DNA of 64,000 nt from Nemertoderma westbladi. Taxonomy: Eukaryota; Animalia; Xenacoelomorpha. The notes below the pieces were generated by a model. It saw only the letters and a program-made list of their open reading frames with translations. It was not told the origin of the DNA and made no database searches. The translations under genes and the position numbers were made by a program. Positions 12,201-24,851 of the stretch are shown piece after piece. Within the stretch, counting starts at the first letter, position 1; each line of letters begins with the position of its first letter. Location of the stretch: the NCBI GenBank assembly GCA_032718475.1, contig JAUCBJ010006766.1, positions 110,075 to 174,074 of the forward strand, read 5' to 3'.

Positions 12201-12958
12201 ACTGGAACCAAAGACAGGTGGACGATCAGCTAAGGATAACAGCGTCTAGCTGGACCTTCAACGCCGCCGACGCCCCTTGGTGGGGAGGAAGTTGGGAGAG
12301 ATTAATTAGAAGTGTCAAGACCGCATTTCACTTTATAGTGCCATGCCGCGCTTATCTCACCGACGAACTTTTGCGGACGTTAATGGAGGAAATAGCTGCC
12401 TATCTCAACGAGAGACCGCTTATGCCAGTCTCATCGAGTCCCGACTCCCTGGAAGCGTTAACACCCGCGCACTTCCTACTGAAGAAACCTGTAGCCATGC
12501 TCCCACGATCGGAGATTGCCGACGGAGACGAATACTGCCGTCGAACTTGGCAACTTATGCAGTTGCTATCCCGTCGTTTCGCTGACCATTTCGAGAAACA
12601 TTATCTGCCCACGCTACAACTTCGAACTAAGTGGTTTGCGCAGCAAGAAAACGTCAGCGCCGGAGATATGGTGCTTATTGTAGATTCAGACCTTCCACGT
12701 AAACGGTGGCAGACAGGTCGTATCATCGAGACTCACATCTCGGATGATGGTTTAGTACGCTCGGTAGAACTCGTCGTCATGCGGCGTAACTTCAAGAAGC
12801 CAGGCATAATCTTTGAGACGCAACAACTCAACCGCCCAGTTGGTCGTTTATGTTTACTGGAAAGAGACAGAGAACTCTCCGGAAACTATGGAAGGCAAGA
12901 CACTCTTCCCACGACCACCTCCCTAATTCCTCAAACATCTAGGGACTCCCCAACGTGA
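6286..12958 (+). pseudogene. BEL/Pao gag-pol of copy 1 (disrupted)
   Basis: Gag (KFNGDEMKWLPF), RT (RVVFDGS, SDIEGMFLQV, YMDD), RNase H (HVFGDASD, PRAEL, YWTD, NPADIASRG), integrase (GVDLFGP, SDKGTNF, WGGSWERL). Lesions versus copy 2: stop at 6775, frameshift near 9010, ~1.4 kb deletion near 9433 (zinc knuckles and protease), frameshift near 11830. Confidence 0.93.
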
Positions 12959-14396
12959 TACGTCTGGAGTGGGTGCATGACTATATTATTCTATCTATTT
13001 TATTATATTTTTATATGCGAACTTTATTATGTACTTTATTATAATCGTTTTATTTAATTTTATTTAGTAGAATGTTATTTTAGATTATTTAGTAGGCTAG
13101 TGCAATATATTAGTGTTTATTACGTAATTACATATATATAATATATATTTAGTGTGACGGCGAGAAATAATTTTTCTTTTTCCTTACTGTCCGTATCATA
13201 TTATAAATACGTGACTACAGTAAGATGAAATGTCCGTACTTATTAAAGTACAATAAAGCCACGACTATATTCAAGTATTATTGGTAGGCAGAGTATTAGG
13301 AATGCAAAGTTCAGATCCTTGTGTCTCGGCTAAACCAAGCTCTGGGTAGACCTTGGAAACGACTTGCCTCTTCACACTGACATTGCTTCGTGCGATATTG
13401 CTCTTCTACCTTATATTAAATAATACATATAGTAGCGTGATGTCCCTCTAACAGTAGCGTAAAACGCAAATAAATCTGTTAAACCTTTTGACCATCTGTA
13501 ATTCTAGTCGATTAAGATATCGCGGCACCCACCGATATACTTGAAAGACAAATTCTAGAATCAGTGGTTAACGTCCCCAGACAAGTTCTGGAATAAATCG
13601 GTGCCCATCTTAAATATTAATTTAATATTTATTAAAATCTGTAAAATTCAGATCCTTTAAAATTTCTAGTCAATTAAGATATCGCAGCACTTACCGATAC
13701 TCTTAAAAGACAATTTTATAGAATTAAGGATCTTAGGTCCCCAGACATGCTCTGAAATAAAAATTGTGTCAATTTTAACATCAAATAATAAAATTCACGG
13801 GAATCAATTTAAATTCATATTTTAAATGAATTTCATAAATTGTCATTTTGTGCAATTTATAACATTCCCAAAATTCCATTAATTAATAGATCATGGGAGC
13901 GGAGATTCATCCTATTGAGTGTATTAGAGTGCGAGAATCTCCAACATATAGTCAATAGCCAATAAAAATTAATAAAATCATGCATAGAGAGGATATTGAC
14001 AATTAAAGAATTACTATTAAATAGCATTCCAGATCTGTATGCATGAGAATTACCCTAATTCTACCGCTAGCTTTCCATAATGTCACCATAGCAACACCCA
14101 CGCTAGAATTAGAAGCAAGTTAAAAGAACCATAGAAAGCTTGTCCCATTGCATAGCATAGAGAATACATAGCACACTGTTAGTATCCAAGGATACACAGT
14201 AATAACGTGACATTCTGGAAGGCACTGACTAACGGACAAATGGCCTGTATGTGTACAATTGGTGACAGTTGTGTGGAATTTGTGCGTTTATAGGTGAATG
14301 TTACTGCTAAAGTATGTTTACAGTAGCTAGTCGCAATTGTGAAAGTAACCCAACTCTCCTATAGAAAGAACCTAAAGTGGATCCAAGCCTTTGGGA

Positions 14397-14501
14397 CGGA
14401 CAGTGGAGTGACTTGTGCCGGTTATCGTTGTCGTGCTGTTGCTACATGTTGGCGTAAACACCGCGACGACGGTACATCGGCGCTGAGAATCCCACTGTCC
14501 G
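14397..14501 (+). other. Long RNA hairpin upstream of the extra ORF
   Basis: Nested stems cggacagtgg/ccactgtccg, gtgccggt/atcggcgc and tatcgttgtcgtg/cgcgacgacggta with G-U pairs; conserved in copy 2 at 36560-36664. Confidence 0.65.
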
Positions 14502-14581
14502 GGGGCAACGAGAGGTAGGCAGCGACGCCCGCTAGCCTAAACATAAACTCATTTGGATATTAATAAACTCAGATAGCAGAT

Positions 14582-17476
14582 ATGACGGAGTTGATAGAAG
14601 ATGATCTTGGTATTAGGGAGCGATATACTCTACCTTTACAAGCATTTGTGGATAGCTTAATACGCGGTGAAGCCGATCCAACCATTACGGAGGACGATGG
14701 TCGTTATATCGAACCGCCGATGTCCCAAGAGCAACTTACGCGTGAATTGGACTATCGAAAATTCACCGCTCGCTATACGAATCGTAATGGTACGTATATG
14801 GACTTCTTAACTACCGGCTATCCTATCGATTTACATGATACGGACGATGTAGACACAGAAAGGGAAATGGTTCTATTTAAATATCATACCCAGCGGAGTC
14901 GTAACGATAAACCGAGAATAGAACACGAAAATTCTATTCGTAACAGACTGGAAAGAGAAAACGTTGAAGAACCGGATAAGCGCATCGACTTCAACGACTA
15001 CCTGGAATTTTTGAGAGAAACTTATCTCAACATCACCAGTCAGCAGAACCTAGAGACTCGATATCCTCAAGGTATACATCATGACCCTATGGTAGAACTC
15101 AAACGGCTCTATTTCACTATGATGTACCTTACCGCCAATCGTCCACTACCTGTTATCCCGGATAGTTTTGAACAAATGGAAGAATATTGCAAAACTGGAG
15201 AACGATCACCCGCGTTTCCTCTACAGGATGTACGTCTTTGGTATTATTGTGACGAATGCCCTAGACCCAACCAACAAACTGAAAGACATAAACATCCGCG
15301 GAGACGTTGCGCTAAACACAGCTTTACGCATTATACTTACGGGAGTTTCGAGCGAAACCTGTTCGACGTATCACCTACGATCGCTCGTCTTAAACGATCA
15401 CTAAATAAACCTATGATCAGAGTTCCGGAATACTCGGTCAGGCCTCCTCATTCCTTAGTGAGACCTCAAACTCTTGATCCTAACAGTATCACTGATCCTC
15501 CCGAACTATATTCCCTGTTCAAAGACTTAGTGTTACCCGAACAATTAATCGGTGGTGCTCCGGTAGTGGGTTCGTTAGACATTCGCCCATCCTACTTAGC
15601 CGGATTGGGACGCGGGCAGCTAATATCGCCATTTGATCCTTACAATCGTCCAGGATTAAACCCGATGCAACCCGCCACGGAAGTCGAGGAGAGCGTTATA
15701 AGAAACGCTTTAGACGCCATTCGACAGAAGATCGGAAAGGGAACACAAGATTGTTTAGAGAAACGTAAATTACAACAACAAGTCCAATCGGTGAAGGAGT
15801 TAGCCTTGCCACAGTTCGATAGAGAAATCCAAAACCTCGAGGAGGACATCGAGCTTGGACGCACGTATTCTCTACAAGAGTTTTTAGATGAACGCTTACA
15901 GAGACAAGCGGAAGAAAATCTACTCGAGGAGAAACACACGAAAATGGACGAGAGAGAAGAAGCCGCTTTAGCCCAACCTGAAGCTCAAATCCTTATGACA
16001 GATCTCTACTCTAAAACTGTCCGTCATCCCTTGATGATTCCACATTTCGGAGACAAACTCTTCGCGACGATACAACCTCAACCGGTTGATATCAGTACAG
16101 GATCGCAATATCTTATCGCTGACGCCCCTATGTTACAGCGTCCGCCGATCGAGGCTGCTCGTGTTGACGGTATACTCGTTGAACCTCCGGACAATCGAGC
16201 GGATCTTGTCCGTCGTATGGTACACGATGTCAACATACGCGCTAGACCTTTACAGAACTCGTTTTATGGGATTAAAGACCACCCTTATTACGTTAATCTG
16301 ACTCAGTATTATATGGTAAAACCAGAAGACCCGACGCATAATTTAAAGTTTCTACCACTAATAAATCCTCTAGACATTGTCGAACTCGAACAATTGCAGA
16401 AACATCTGGATCAGTTAGTAAAGGTAAACTCATTTAGAAAACCATATAACATTTCTCGAATCGAGAAAGATATAGAACCTCCTTATAACCTCGATGGATT
16501 TATTAAAACTCGATTAGTCCATTGGAATCTAGATGTATTATTTGAAGAAGAGAAAATACAAAGATATGGAACTGTGGAGACGTATACCACTCGGCATATG
16601 AAGTATAGTGATCTCCCTGACGCTAACCAATGCGCCACCTTGTGGCATCCAGTAGGGATGACCCTAGAGAACGCCACCAAGGAGTGGAATGAAACTCTTA
16701 ATGTTATTGAGATGTATGGAGTTGTCACCTACGATAATGAAGGTAGCGTTCCGGTCGGAGAACTAGGAACTACGCGCATGATCCACATACGCGGATTAGC
16801 TGGTTCTACCCACGTGTTTACTCAAGCGTGTTCCGACGTGATTGATTATTCCTTTGAAACTCTCACCGAAACACAAAAGAATCTCCGACATGGACAATTC
16901 GAACTCGCGCAGCGTTACGTCATTGACACCGAACGCAAACCGGCCATGGGTATCGATGGATCGATGTTACCCCAGCCCGTACTCGAGATGTTGTTCAACG
17001 AAAGAATCCTTAAAATCGGCTCAGCTGTTTATGGAGATCTCCAAAACGACTTTCGGAATATGGAGAACATTCCATACCCTTTCGTTGATACTCAGCTGAT
17101 TGCTCCCTGGGCAGAAGGTCGAGGTTTCTTTCGCACCATGTATGCTAATACGTCTAGCAACATTACAAAGGTGCAACGAACTTCCATCGGACATCTTGCC
17201 TTTCAGGAATACGGATGGAATTTCAAAGTCGGAAATCCCATCAACTATCAACAAGTATACGGAGACCATTATTCTCGATTATACTTTGATGGACCATTGA
17301 CCGCACCTGGCGCCGTGTATAGCTTCATGAGTGTTCCACTCCGTCCCTCCTTAGCTATTTACACGATCTTTGAAAACACCGCACTTGCCGGTTGGCTAGC
17401 CGATGTGTGCAGTCGTACTATACGCGCCCATCCATTAATACTTGGGACCAAACTCGCTAAGCTAGATGAACATAAT
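14582..17476 (+). pseudogene. Extra ORF of copy 1, 5' part (Cys/His motif, coiled coil, DEDDy-like 3'-5' exonuclease), interrupted by a LINE
   Basis: Colinear with the copy 2 ORF up to KLDEHN; exonuclease-like motifs TYDNEG, ILKIGSAVYGD, FVDT and PLRPSLAIYTIFE. Confidence 0.85.
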
Positions 17477-17606
17477 GTATGGATCTGTATAATGGATCTG
17501 TAGGAAATTTTTGAGTTTACTAGCAATTTGCTAACTGCAATACTGCAATACAGTAATAACCTAACCTAACTGATAATCTGACTGTCAGACTAACCACTGA
17601 CTGTAT

Positions 17607-18374
17607 ATGGCCAACTCAGCAGAGGCTAATGGTGCTGAAGACCTGACGACGCTCGAGTTTAATTATGAAACACAAACTAATAAAGTTTTAAGAGAAGATC
17701 TGCGCTTTTTAAAACTACCAACAACTGGCCCAAAACCGACACTAATATTACGTTTACCGGCACACTTCAAACTACATCCAGACGATCAAATCGAAGTTTA
17801 CCAACGAAGGATCAATATGAGAAATAAAACTATCATCCCAACCGTAGATGAGTCCACAGGGAATACTCCAGACACCAGTCCCTATGAAAGTGACAATGAA
17901 ACAACGGTTTGCGATTACGGAATTACGAAAGTTCCAGCCGGTAATGGTAACGGTAACGATAGTCCCAGACGGGCGCTCAACGAATCGTATTTCATGGAAG
18001 GCAGTTCAGATAGGCCTAGATATACCGCCTACGGTACCAATAATGAAATAGATACTACACTGACCAGCATACCGGTAGATAATTCTCCCACACCATACTC
18101 ACCCAACGCCGACGGAAGTTTATGTTATACCGAGTGCTCTCCAAGCAACCGCAGTAGGCTTACGTTTGAGAGGTTGGTAACACTGGAAATGGAATTGGCC
18201 CAGCTAAAAGAAATCCGACGTGGAGATATGATCCGAATATTCAAACTCGAGAACGCTGTGGAATCGCTTATCAATGGCTGTTGTTGCCATAACCAGGATA
18301 ACGGCGGTAGGCCTACCGGTTCTGTTTCAATTACCGGCACCGGTAAGTCTATTGATACCGGTACCAATATGCCT
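17607..18374 (+). CDS. LINE A ORF1, N-terminal part (SAP-like motif, coiled coil)
   Basis: TNKVLREDLRFLKLPTTGPKPTLILRL fits the SAP consensus; the poly-Ile tail in the ORF track is the tail of LINE B. Confidence 0.7.
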
Positions 18375-19001
18375 ATTATTATTATCATTATTATTATCAT
18401 TATATTTATTTCTCCAATCAAACAAATAAGAAATTGCAATACACTTTCATAATTAAATCAATACTTATAAATGATGACTGAAGCTGGCTGACTGCTAATA
18501 GCCTGGAGCTAGTGGACGCAATCAGCCAGGTGTTAAGCTAAGTATCAGACATGAAATATTATTTTACTACCTTGGGTATTTATATTATGACACATTTTTT
18601 TATATCCTTAAATACTCTCCGGCCCAAAAAATGAAATATTTATAGAACCATTAACTAAATTTATTGTGATACTATTGACCGATACCTACTTGGTTGAGAC
18701 TAAAATTTGAAATTGAAAGAGTGGATGATGGCGATTTTATTTAAATAGGAATGATGTTTAATTAATTGACCAAAACAGAGTAGATTCAGAGAAAAGTTAT
18801 TGATAATTTATTTTATACAATTTGAAGTAAAAATAGTTAGGATGTTACGGGCGGCAATTTTTGTGAAGTCTTATATAGGTCAGGAAGTTAAATTTAAAAT
18901 TTTGCACAAGAGTATCCAGTATATAAAAAAAAATAAAAAATAATAATAAATAAATAGGGAGAAGTGTCAAATTTGTAAATTTTATTTGCAATAAAAATAT
19001 T

Positions 19002-22000
19002 TTATAGGTGCTGTAGGAGGTGCTTTTTCAGGTTTTTTGAAAAAATTGCTATTGTTTTTTTTTTCCTAATCATCACCGGGATCTCGTTCCAAATAGACGG
19101 ACCAAGATAACTAAGAGAGCGTTGAGTTGAGCTGAGACGTACTAGTGGAAGTTGAATATTCCCTTGGGTGGCTGATCTTGTATTATAATTATGGCAGTCT
19201 TTAATTTTATTGAAAAATAGCTTTGAGATATTTGTAGGGGCTAAATTGTTGTTACATCTGTATACAAACCTACCTATTTCGTACTTATAAAGCAAATCTA
19301 AGGGAAGGATATTTAATGATTTGTAAATGGGATTTGCCGATGAACGATGGTGGCTGAAGGTAATACATCGTAATAATTTATTGATTTTTATTCTGAGTGG
19401 TTTAATAATGCTTTCATAAGTTCCCCCCCAAAGTATGATTCCGTAAATTAAGTATGGGTGAATTAAAGAAAAATAAAGTAATCTTAAGATATTTAATGGG
19501 AATATATGCCTCAGTTTGAAAAATATGCCAGAAAATTTTGAAATTTTTTTAGTTATGTATTGAATGTGACTTCTCCAGTTTAATTTATTATCCACCCACA
19601 CCCCTAAAAATTTAGTTACATGTACTTGTTTTATTTTATTGGTGTTAATATGTACTATTGGCGTATTTGTAAAGTCTTTTAAAGTATATGAAAACAATTC
19701 GTATTCAGTTTTTGATAGATTTAAAGATAATTTATTGTCGATTAACCAATTCGAAATTTTAGCTAGTTCACAGTTTGTGGCTTCAATTAAAACATTAATA
19801 TTATTATTTGATGTATAAAGGGTAGTATCATCTGCAAAAAGGGTACAGTTAAGATTTGTTGCATTGGGTAGATCGTTGATGTAAAGTAGGAATAAGTTTG
19901 GTGACATTATACTACCCTGGGGAACCCCACAAGCCAGTGGTAAATTTATTGAATTGCAATCATCTATGGAAACGTATTGAAATCTGTTTGATAAAAAGTT
20001 TGAAATTAGGTCGTGAGGTTTTCCTCTTATGCCATAGTTGAGTAATTTATTTTTAAGAATTTTGTGATCTAAAGTATCATATGCTTTTTTTAAATCAATA
20101 AAGATAGCACTGGTTGTGTGTTTGTGTTCTAGAACATTTTGAATATGATTTATTACTGAGAGTAGAGCATCGGAAGTTGTTGTCTTAGGTCGAAAACCGT
20201 ATTGTGAACTAGTCAAAATTCCAAACTTTAATATAAAAGACTGAAGTTGGTTATTTATTATTTTTTCAAATATTTTGCTAAGAACTGGTAAAAGTGAAAT
20301 AGGACGGTAATTATTTGGGTCGGTGGGGTCCCCCCCTTTAAAAGATGGAATAATTTTAGCAATTTTTAGAGAGTCGGGGAAGAAACCTCGTTGAATTGAT
20401 AGATTTATAAGAGGAGCTAGGAGAAATGACAGAGGTTTAGCAGCCAGTATAAGAAGTTTAGTTGGAAATGTGTCATTGGTTCCTGATTTTGGATTTAAAT
20501 GCAAGAGTTCATATTCAACTTCCACCGGCGATGTCTCAACTAATGAGAACGAACTGGAGCTATTAAACTTAATATTCCGTGTTGGAGAGCGGTTTGATGT
20601 GGGAATTGAGCTTGCCAACTCTGGACCAATATTAGCGAAATGGGTGTTAAGAATGTTAGCAATTTTTAATTTATCTGTAAATGTTTCAATTTTATCCCCT
20701 TCTTTAACAGTTATTTTTTTTGGAATGTTTAATTTTTTTTGTCTATTTAAAGCTGAGTTTATTATGAGCCAGGTTTTTCTAGTGTTGTTTGAATTTGATG
20801 TGAATTTGTTCGTATAATAATTTTTCTCTGCAATTTTCAGGCATGAAGTTAATTTATTACGATATGTTTTAAATTTATTTAAGTTTTCTGTTGTGGGATT
20901 TTTTAAATATTTTCGGAATAATGTATTCTTCTTGCGGGAGCATTTTATTAAAGAGGTGGTTATCCAGGGTTTTTTGGGGGAATTGCGTTGACTTATTTTT
21001 TTTTTGGTTACATGATTCGAACAAATGTTTTCTAGATTTTCATAAAATTTATTAAATTTTTCATTATCTGGTATTAAACTGGATTTGTAAGACCAAGAGC
21101 TTTCCAGTTTAATATCTTTTATGAATTTATCGGCCTTAAAATTTGAGTAATCAAAAATGGTATTGTGTGTTGGGTCTGAAAAATGGCAAGAACAGTTTCT
21201 AAAAATTGAAAAGCAAGGTAAGTGGTCCGATGTACCAATTTGCGCTAAGATTGTGCCTGCGGTTGTAAAAGAAGTTGTTATGTTTGTTATAATGTGATCA
21301 ATTAATGAATCGTCTGAGCCTTCAACTCTTCTAGTAGCCGTTGTTATTAACTGGAGAAAACCGAAGGAATTTAATAAATTTGTATATTCACGTGCTTGGC
21401 AAGTATTTTTCAATAAGTTCACATTTAGATCTCCTGTTAAAATTACATCAAGTTTTTTATTTGACAAATTTGCTAATAAAGAATCTAAAGAGTTTAAAAA
21501 ACATTCAAATTTAATTGCTCCAGTTCGGTAAATAGTTCCAATAATTAAGGGTTTTGCATTGCTTGTGCATTTGATCTCAATAAACACGTTTTCCAAACCC
21601 TCGACCCGTAAGTCAGGCCTTTGATTAACTTCATAATTTTCATTTACAAAAATTGCCGACCCGCCTCTCTTTGTTTCCCTACAATCTAAATATGGTCCCT
21701 TATATCCAGCAATTTTGAAAAAATTTAATAGTTCTTCATCATCCTTTTTTACAAAAGTTTCGGTAAAAGTTAGAATATCTACTTTATTTTCAAGAGAAAG
21801 GAGAAAATCAATTGTTGGTTGAAAATTTTTGTTAAGACTTCTACAATTAAAATTCAGAACGGATAATGATTTTTTAGATAAATTTTTGTTAATTTCTTCA
21901 TTTAACTGACTCTCTGAATAATCTCCTTTGTTGTGGTTAAGGTTGATGATATTGTCTTCAGGATCTATGAAACTAAAAGTTTGATTAACAATGTCACTCG

Positions 22001-22292
22001 GTTCATCATTCTCAGCTAGTGGTGAAAAGAAAATATCATCATCAGTTACATCAATACATGCAAAGGGGAAAATTTCGCAGTAACAAAAGTTACAATAGGT
22101 ATCTAGGTTCGGTGGACGGTCAATAGTTTCACAAAGCATTTGGGATCCGCATGGTAAATGAAAACTCTTATTACACAAATCGCACTTAAATTTAGGTTCA
22201 TGAGGAAATATTTCTGAAAAACAAAAATGACAATAATTTGTGGGTGAAATATTACTAAGGGCCGGAGGTGAAACATGATGTCTATTTGACAT
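19002..22292 (-). CDS. LINE B ORF2: PHD-like finger, AP endonuclease, reverse transcriptase (intact, 1096 aa)
   Basis: CHFC..CDLC..H..C..C..C; NCRS, TETF, GDLN, IDHI, SDH; NYRPISLL, IDLKKAYD, GVPQGS, FADD, KFLGV. Confidence 0.92.
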   Translation of the reverse strand: MSNRHHVSPPALSNISPTNYCHFCFSEIFPHEPKFKCDLCNKSFHLPCGSQMLCETIDRPPNLDTYCNFCYCEIFPFACIDVTDDDIFFSPLAENDEPSDIVNQTFSFIDPEDNIINLNHNKGDYSESQLNEEINKNLSKKSLSVLNFNCRSLNKNFQPTIDFLLSLENKVDILTFTETFVKKDDEELLNFFKIAGYKGPYLDCRETKRGGSAIFVNENYEVNQRPDLRVEGLENVFIEIKCTSNAKPLIIGTIYRTGAIKFECFLNSLDSLLANLSNKKLDVILTGDLNVNLLKNTCQAREYTNLLNSFGFLQLITTATRRVEGSDDSLIDHIITNITTSFTTAGTILAQIGTSDHLPCFSIFRNCSCHFSDPTHNTIFDYSNFKADKFIKDIKLESSWSYKSSLIPDNEKFNKFYENLENICSNHVTKKKISQRNSPKKPWITTSLIKCSRKKNTLFRKYLKNPTTENLNKFKTYRNKLTSCLKIAEKNYYTNKFTSNSNNTRKTWLIINSALNRQKKLNIPKKITVKEGDKIETFTDKLKIANILNTHFANIGPELASSIPTSNRSPTRNIKFNSSSSFSLVETSPVEVEYELLHLNPKSGTNDTFPTKLLILAAKPLSFLLAPLINLSIQRGFFPDSLKIAKIIPSFKGGDPTDPNNYRPISLLPVLSKIFEKIINNQLQSFILKFGILTSSQYGFRPKTTTSDALLSVINHIQNVLEHKHTTSAIFIDLKKAYDTLDHKILKNKLLNYGIRGKPHDLISNFLSNRFQYVSIDDCNSINLPLACGVPQGSIMSPNLFLLYINDLPNATNLNCTLFADDTTLYTSNNNINVLIEATNCELAKISNWLIDNKLSLNLSKTEYELFSYTLKDFTNTPIVHINTNKIKQVHVTKFLGVWVDNKLNWRSHIQYITKKISKFSGIFFKLRHIFPLNILRLLYFSLIHPYLIYGIILWGGTYESIIKPLRIKINKLLRCITFSHHRSSANPIYKSLNILPLDLLYKYEIGRFVYRCNNNLAPTNISKLFFNKIKDCHNYNTRSATQGNIQLPLVRLSSTQRSLSYLGPSIWNEIPVMIRKKKTIAIFSKNLKKHLLQHL

Positions 22293-22626
22293 AACCTAAT
22301 AACAACTATAAAATAAGTACCAGAATTACTCAACTCAAGTATTTGACAGCTTACCAGTAGGTACCAATACCAGTAGGTCTTGTAAGTAATTTTCCAAAAA
22401 AAATAAATCCAAAATAACCGCGCTAAAAATATGTAACATTTAATCACTATATTACATCGTATTTTCGTAAAGTACTTTGTATATATACGTACCGGAATTA
22501 TGTTATTGATATAATAGGGTTGGTGCGGAAAAAAACATATTACAGTTTTAAGTAGGCCTAATTATGTTTTGTCTAACTTTTACATAACTGCTTTGGACAG
22601 GAATATAGGTCTATATCAATATATAT

Positions 22627-23347
22627 TTATGAAACTGTCGAGTTTGACCTTGTTCCCCTGCGATTCATGTCGGAAGTTGTCGTAGATGATCCGCGATCCA
22701 TAGCCCATTCTTTAATGGAATCCACGTCCACGTCGGAGTGAATGTAGATAGGAAGAGAAGTCTTCGATTTCTTCACGACAATGTTGCCATTGTAAGAGTA
22801 GGCCGCATGAATTTTATTCGATTTACTTAATGACGCTAGCTGGCGTAGTTGACTCGCACGTCGCGGGGTTAGGTGTTCCGATAGATATATAGAGCCGCCC
22901 AGCGATTTCGCATTAGCAAATGCAGTGATTCGGGATCCGTGTCCATAGAATTTGATGATAATGGGACGTGTTTTCGGTTTAATTTCGTTCGTCGTAGTCT
23001 CAATTGAGGAAGCTTCGTTGTTCTGAGCGCGCCCGAGGCGGTGGAATATATCTATTGCGTTCCAGTTGAGACCTAGTGTTTCGATTAGTTTCTTCACTGT
23101 GTTAGTTTCGGATTCTCGATTGGGTGATTCAGTCACACCGTGAATTAGTAAGTGTGATATATTGCGCTAGGTCGTCGTTTTGTTGTTCTAGTTTCGAATT
23201 CTTTAGATTAAGGGATTCTATCTCGGTTGCGTGCTGTTGTTTAAGGACACTGATTTCCGAGCGGAGACTTTTTATTTCATCAATTAAGTCTTTTCTTAAG
23301 GCAGATAGAGAATCCATGATTGCATCGAGAGTAAGTTTGGGGGGCAT
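22627..23347 (-). pseudogene. LINE B ORF1 (coiled coil plus L1-ORF1-like RRM/CTD), frameshifted near 23155
   Basis: MPPKLTLD..LAQY joined to LLIHGVTE..IDIFHRLG..RPIIIKF..IYLSEHLT, typical ORF1 motifs, split across two frames. Confidence 0.8.
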
Positions 23348-23527
23348 ATTTGACAACTCAATAGAGTAATCGCACGCCGAGCGACGGAACAATGAGTTAA
23401 TAGCAATGCAAGTCTGATAGTGGGGGTATGGAAGTAAAATGGACCTACCGGTACCGGTACTTAGTAAACCTATGTATACATACGTCTGTCACCTAGCTCT
23501 CTAACCTAGAAAGCCTGCGTTTCAAGG

Positions 23528-23561
<34 letters not shown>

Positions 23562-23563
<2 letters not shown>

Positions 23564-24758
23564 GGTAACACAAACTACCGGTAACACAAAAACCCTTCTT
23601 AGTGAAAATGTAAACAAACCTCCCTCCTTGGGAGGTCACAGCCTCAGTGAAGCACACAAGAGGAATGTGGCTCCAATCATTTCGCAAGACCCGGACCAAA
23701 CCACCGAAATATCAGATAGCCGAACCGCTTTCGTTACTGCGAATGGTGATCCCAATTCTACATCCAGTCCGGCATCCACTAGTAAGGACGACAATGGAGC
23801 CACCCCGATTGTACCTTTACCGGATGATGGTGCCACCTCCGAGGGATACACCAGGGTCCCTTCGGCTGAGAATAGAGATAATCTGGTGGAGACACTACTG
23901 TTTATGGACAGTAATCGCAAATATATATACCCTCGGAAAATTGACCGTGTGGCCCGGATGGTACCGAGTTCTACCACTATGGACCTGATCCGGAACGCAT
24001 CCTCAGCAATATCAAAGTTTAACGGAGTAATTAACCAGATCTATATACAAGCGGGGACGAATGACTGTGACCAGGATAATACTAATATACCCTTAATTAC
24101 GCGGAACACGAAGAGAAGTATCGAAATACTGCGTAAACGGTGGCCAAATTGTCGTTTTTACGTATCCGAGCTCATCGTTAGATCCGATGTCAACGTGGAA
24201 CCGATTAACAAGGCACTACAAACTCTATGTGCTAATATTAATGGCGTGATTCTCGTTCCTCAGGATAATATAACACGATCTCACTTAGTCGATTCCAAGC
24301 ATATCGCGGCAAAGTATGTAGGTATCTTAGCAAGGAACATTAAATCGCAGCTACACGGAACAAAGCTAACAAACAAAGATCAAACCGTCAGAACGATCCG
24401 GCAACCATTCATTCGCTCGAATACCGGTAACCCACAACCAGCTCATCTAATGAACAACTCGCTAGAGTTCCCGTCTCTCCCGAGCCGCCAATTTCCAATA
24501 CAATCGGCCTGGAGTTTTCCTCCATCCATGGGACGGCAAATCCCACATAACCAGCCGATGTACAGAAACCCGCAGCTACAACAATTCAACACGGCAACAT
24601 CTCGGCAGTTGCAGCAGCCAACTCCGTTGGATGCGATCAATCAATACGGGAATCGCGGAATGAATCGTAATGACAGTAACCCAATAGTCGATTCTGCGAT
24701 AGCCCTAATTAGAGCAATTACAGCCAGCAGCACACTGCTGACTGAGCAATATTTTTAA
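23562..24758 (+). CDS. LINE A ORF1, C-terminal part (SGNH/GDSL esterase-like domain, Q/P-rich tail)
   Basis: LLFMDSN, IYIQAGTND and DSKH correspond to SGNH blocks I, III and V; in frame with 17607-18374. Confidence 0.78.
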
Positions 24759-24851
24759 TGATAAATCGTAAATAAATATATCAAACGTATTTTTAACATT
24801 TTATCCAGATCGACTGTATCTCTAAATAATATCCAGAATGACCATTTTATA

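Larger units (their letters stand above)
18375..23561 (-). mobile_element. LINE B (CR1/L2 group) nested antisense in LINE A ORF1
   Basis: (taa/tga)n 3' tail at 18375-18405, ORF1 and ORF2; removing it rejoins LINE A ORF1 in frame (GTNMP|SVTQTTG). No clear TSD. Confidence 0.88.

Noticed and set aside
14582-17503. env gene at the third-ORF position
   Set aside because: No signal peptide or TM anchor; the motifs point to a nuclease and zinc knuckles.
18375-18452. Poly-Ile membrane tail on ORF 17607-18452
   Set aside because: Read-through into the antisense (tta)n tail of LINE B.
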